DNA of 64,000 nucleotides from Scyliorhinus canicula (taxonomy: Eukaryota), in the NCBI RefSeq assembly GCF_902713615.1, contig NC_052161.1, forward strand, positions 4,133,698 through 4,197,697. Reading direction: 5' to 3'. This document shows, piece by piece, positions 59,790-64,000 of this stretch (positions within the stretch are counted from its first letter, which is position 1; the number at the start of each line of letters is the position of its first letter). Under the pieces are notes generated by a model. The model worked only from the letters and a program-made list of their open reading frames with translations. It had not been told where the DNA came from and ran no database searches. Made by a program: the position numbers and the translations under genes.

Positions 59790-62400
59790 CTTAAATTGAG
59801 TTGGGAAGTATGCATTAATTAAGCAACTCACTGGAGGAGGAGGCTCCTCAATCATGGAGGAGCCCAGCACATATGTGTAAAGGACATTTGCAACAATCTT
59901 CAGCCAGAAGTGCCGAGTGGATGATCCATCTTGGTCTCCTCTGGAGGTCCCCAGCATCACAGATGTCAGTCTTCAGCCAATATGATTCACTCCACGTGAT
60001 ATCAAGAAACGACTGAAGGCACTAGATACTGCAAAGGATATGGGCCCCTACAATATTCTGGCAATACTACTGAAGACCTGTGCTCCAGAACTTGCCGCAC
60101 CCCTAGCCACACTGTTCCAACACTGGCATCTACCCGGCAATGTGGAAAATTGCCCAAGTGTGTCCTGTACACAAGAAACAGTTCAAATCCAATCCAGTCA
60201 ATTACCGCCCTATCAGCTTACTCTCCATCATCAGCAAGTGATGGAGGGAATCATCAACAGTGCTTTCAAGCAACACTTACTCAGCAATAACCTGCTCACG
60301 GACACTCGGTTTGAGTTCCGCCAGGGTCACTCAGCTCCTGACCTCATTACAGCCTTGGTGTAAACATGGATAAAAGAGCTGAATGCCAGAGATGAGGTGA
60401 GAGTGAATGTGCAAACTCCACACAGAGCCGGGATCGAACCTGGGACCTCGGCGCCATGAGGCAAGAATGCACTGTGAGGCACTGTGCCACCGTGCTGCCT
60501 TGACATCAAGGTGGCATGTGACCGAGTGTGGCATCAATGCGCCATAGCAAAACTTGAGTCAATGCGAATCGGGAAAACTGTCTGCTGGTTGGAGTCATAC
60601 CTGGCACAAAGGGAGATGGTTGTGGTGGTTGGAGGTCAATCATCTCAGCTTCTGGACATCACTGCAGGAGTTCCTCAGGGTAGTGTCCTAGGCCCAGCCA
60701 TCTTCAGCTGCTTCATTAATGACCTTCCTTCCATCACAAGGTCAGGAGTGGGGATGTTTGCTGATGACTGCACAATGTCCAGCACCATTCGCGACTCCTC
60801 AGATAATGAAGCAGTCCATGTCTAAATGCAGCAAGACATGATCTATGAAACATCGATCTATGAAACATGGACAATATCCAGGCTTGGGCTGGCAAGTGGC
60901 AAGTTACATTCGCGCCACACAAGTGCCAGGCAATGACCATCTCCTACAAGAGAGAATTAAACCATCACCCCCTTGACAAGTCAATGGCATTACTATCGCT
61001 GAATCCACAACTCCACACGGACAGTGACCCAGAGCCGGGAACGAACCTGGGACCTCGGCGCCGTGAGGCAGGAATGTGAACCACTGCACCACCGTGCTGC
61101 CCCTGAATCCCCACAATTAACATCCTGGGGGGATACCATTGATCAGAAACTGAACTGGACTAACCATATTAATACTGTGCAGGTGAAAGGCTAGGAATCT
61201 TACGGCGAGAAACTCACCTCCTGACCCCCCCCTCAAAGCCTGTCCACCATCTACATGGCACAAGTCAGGAGTGTAATGGAATACCCTCCACTTGCCTAGA
61301 TGAATACAGCTCCAATAACACTCAAGACGCTCCACACCATCCAGGACAAAGCAGCCACTTGATTGCTCTCCCTTCCACAAACATTCAATCCCTCCACCAC
61401 CAACGAACAGTAGCAGCTGTGTGTATCATCTTCAAGATACACTGTAGGAACTTACTTGTTACGTTAAACTCCATTTGCCACATTTTGGCCCACTCAACAA
61501 ACACATCTATATCTATTTGTAAATGTCTTATTTCCTCATTGCAACTTACTATCCCACCTATTTTAGTGTCATCTGCAAAATTAACTCATCGTAACTTCTA
61601 TGCCTGAATCCAAGTCATTAATATAGATTGTAAATAGCTGGGGCCCGAGGGTCAAACCCTGTGGCACCCCAATAGTTACATCTGCCAACCAGAAAAGACC
61701 CAGTTATCCTACTCAGTTATCCAGTCTTCTATCCAAACTATTAAATTACCCCTAACCCATGTGATCTTACCTTGTGTACTGACCTTTAGTGCGGCACCTT
61801 ATCAAATGCCTTCTGGAAGTCCAGACTACATCTACAGGATCCAAATTATCCACTAAGCTTGTTACATCTTCAAAGAAACCAATTAGTCAAACACAATTTG
61901 ACCTTCATAAAACCATGCTAACTTTGATGGATTGCGTTTTGACTTTCCAGACACATCTCCTGACTCCACCATCTACAAGGCACAAGTCAGGAGTGTAATG
62001 GAATACTCCCCACTTGCCTGGATGTGTGCAGCTACAACAAAACTCAAGCAGCTCAACATTGTCCGGGACAAAGCAGTCAGCTTGATTGTCACTCCCTCCA
62101 TCAATGATGAACAGTGGCAGCCGTGTGTACCATCCACAAGATGCACTGCAGCTACTCATCAAGACTCCTTCGACAGCACCTTCCAAACCTAGAAGGACAA
62201 GGGCAGCAGACTCATGTGAACAGCACCACCTGTAAGTTCCCCTCCAAGCCATACACCATCCTGACCAAGAAATATTTTGCATTTCCTCCATTGTCACTGA
62301 GTTAAAATCCTTAACAACACTGTGGGAATACCTACACCACAGGAATTTAGCAGCTGAAGGCAGCGCTCATCACCACCTTCTCAAGGGACATTAAGGATGG
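59790..62400 (+). mobile_element. Degenerate RT regions of the second CR1/Jockey-group LINE family (59790-61440, 61935-62400), with an old CR1 fragment (-) between
   Basis: [62 protein letters not shown]. Confidence 0.8.
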
Positions 62401-62626
62401 ATAATAAAGCTGGCCTCGTCAACAATCCCTACATTCCTTGAACAATATTAAAAACAATCCTAAGTCTCTTCACATAACAAATCCCTCGTCCCTGGTATAA
62501 TTCTAGTAAATCTCCTCAAACCCTCCACAAGGTTGACGACTTTCTTCAAGAATGGCACCCAGAATTGGCCACAATTTAGCTGGGGCCCAAGTGTTGTAAA
62601 AAGATTTAGCATAATTTCCTGATTTT

Positions 62627-63197
62627 TGGAGTGGGTTCTTTCAGGGGGTAGCAGATGAGTGTGAAAGGTGTGGGCGGGGGTCAGCGAATCACGCGGACAT
62701 GTTTTGGGGTTGCGAAAAATTTGGAAGGTTCTGGCGGGAGTGTTCGTGGTCTTAGCCAGGATGGTGAAGGAGGAGGCTGATCCGGACCCTTTGGTGGTGA
62801 TATTTGGGGTTTCGGAGAAGCCGGAGCTCATGGAGAGAAGGCAGGCGATGTTGTGGCCTTCGTCTCTCTGATTGCACAGCGACAAATTTTGCTGGAGTGG
62901 CGGTCGGTATCACCACCGGGAGTAGCAGCAAGGTTGGGTGATCTGTACAACTTCCTGCGGTTAGAGAAGATGAAGTATGAGTTAAGGAGCTCAGCAGGGG
63001 AGTTTGAGAAAAGGTGGGGGATGTTTGTGACCGTGTTTGAGGAGCTATTTGTCGGTGGGTGATGGGGAGAGGGGGTGAAAAAGGAGAAAAATCTGTACAG
63101 GTTATATAGTTGATTGTTGGGAAGTATGTTTCCCAGGGTGATTACTTGCTGAAATTGCTTTGATACAAGTTTGTAATAAAATACGTTTAAAAAAATA
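62627..63197 (+). mobile_element. 5'-truncated L1 with 16-bp TSD
   Basis: ATAATTTCCTGATTTT at 62611-62626 and 63198-63213; AATAAA and A-rich end. Confidence 0.88.
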
Positions 63198-63325
63198 ATA
63201 ATTTCCTGATTTTGTACTCCATGTAGAAAGTTAAGGATTCCGTTCACTTTTACGACAATCTTAAAGACTTGGATTGATTTGTGTGCAAACTTACTTTTGA
63301 GCTGCTTCTCCTTTGCCATTCTCAG

Positions 63326-63499
63326 GAAGCTTGCAAGATCCCTGGCATCGGCAAAAGCATGGCTGAGAAAATCAGAGAGATACTACAGAGTGGTCACCTG
63401 CGCAAGCTTGACTACATCAATGAGAGCGTGCCAGTGCTGGAAACCTTCTCGAATATCTGGGGAGCTGGTGTGAAGACAGCCCAGATGTGGTACCAACAG
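63326..63499 (+). CDS. POLL: POLL exon: helix-hairpin-helix / fingers; gene continues beyond the window
   Basis: ttctcag|GAA..CAA CAG|gtggga, 174 nt. [58 protein letters not shown]. Confidence 0.97.
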
Positions 63500-64000
63500 G
63501 TGGGATGCTGGTTTTGCAGTGCTTTATATTCTTTGAGTTTACTGTTGTCTTCATGGTCTCCTGCACCTCCAGAAAGCCAGCCCCAGGTTGCTGCATGCTA
63601 CACCAAAGCCTGGTCAGAACATCGCACAGTGAGTGCTTCATATAATATAGATTACTGTGAAGTGAGATGACTGCAATGTAAATGTATCGGGAATTCCTTT
63701 GGGAGGGGAATGTTGGCCGGGATTCCTGGAGATTTACTGCTTCAGTGGCAATTTAATGCACTTGTACTAATGCAATTTAATGCCTTTGTCTTTGTTGGAG
63801 AGCAGTGCTGGTCTGTCACTGTGCAGCATGAAGTGATTGGATGTGGTGATTCCCACATGCTCCGTTCCCAATGTGGGGAGATATTGAACGCAGGGAAATC
63901 CAGCAGAGCATCACCCACACAGCAGGAAATAAAGTTGTCCAATTTCCTGTTTCGCCACATCAAGCTGAATGTGACTTTTCTCCATTATCCATCCCTCACC

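Overview
Vertebrate genomic DNA, almost certainly a cartilaginous fish. The HE1/V-SINE, DeuSINE-type and CR1 repeats point to a shark, probably a catshark (Scyliorhinus-like); the species call is inference. The window holds the conserved FBXW4(+) / DPCD(-) / POLL(+) block: the last three coding exons of FBXW4 (one intron of 28 kb), the complete six-exon DPCD gene (203 aa, reading frame rebuilt by hand), a CpG-island bidirectional promoter shared by DPCD and POLL, and the first four coding exons of DNA polymerase lambda. The rest is mostly repeats: one full-length but dead CR1 with an esterase-type ORF1, nested L1, RTE, Rex1, L2 and CR1 fragments, more than 20 SINEs, a solo LTR, hAT and Tc1/mariner-like MITEs, a Penelope-derived hammerhead hairpin, five minisatellites and a 165-N gap. 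The most unusual observations are: (1) the CR1 5' end is a repeat-promoter-repeat monomer in which a CCAAT/TATA promoter points at a second copy of the element's own first 67 nt; (2) the DPCD/POLL promoter is ten 28-30 bp GC-box plus CRE/AP-1-like units; (3) a short SINE family carries L1-type 12-16 bp target-site duplications (TSDs); (4) a hAT MITE carries a retroelement tail; (5) an intronic minisatellite is made of near-perfect 5' splice sites. All coordinates were read by eye, and human comparisons are from memory, not from searches.
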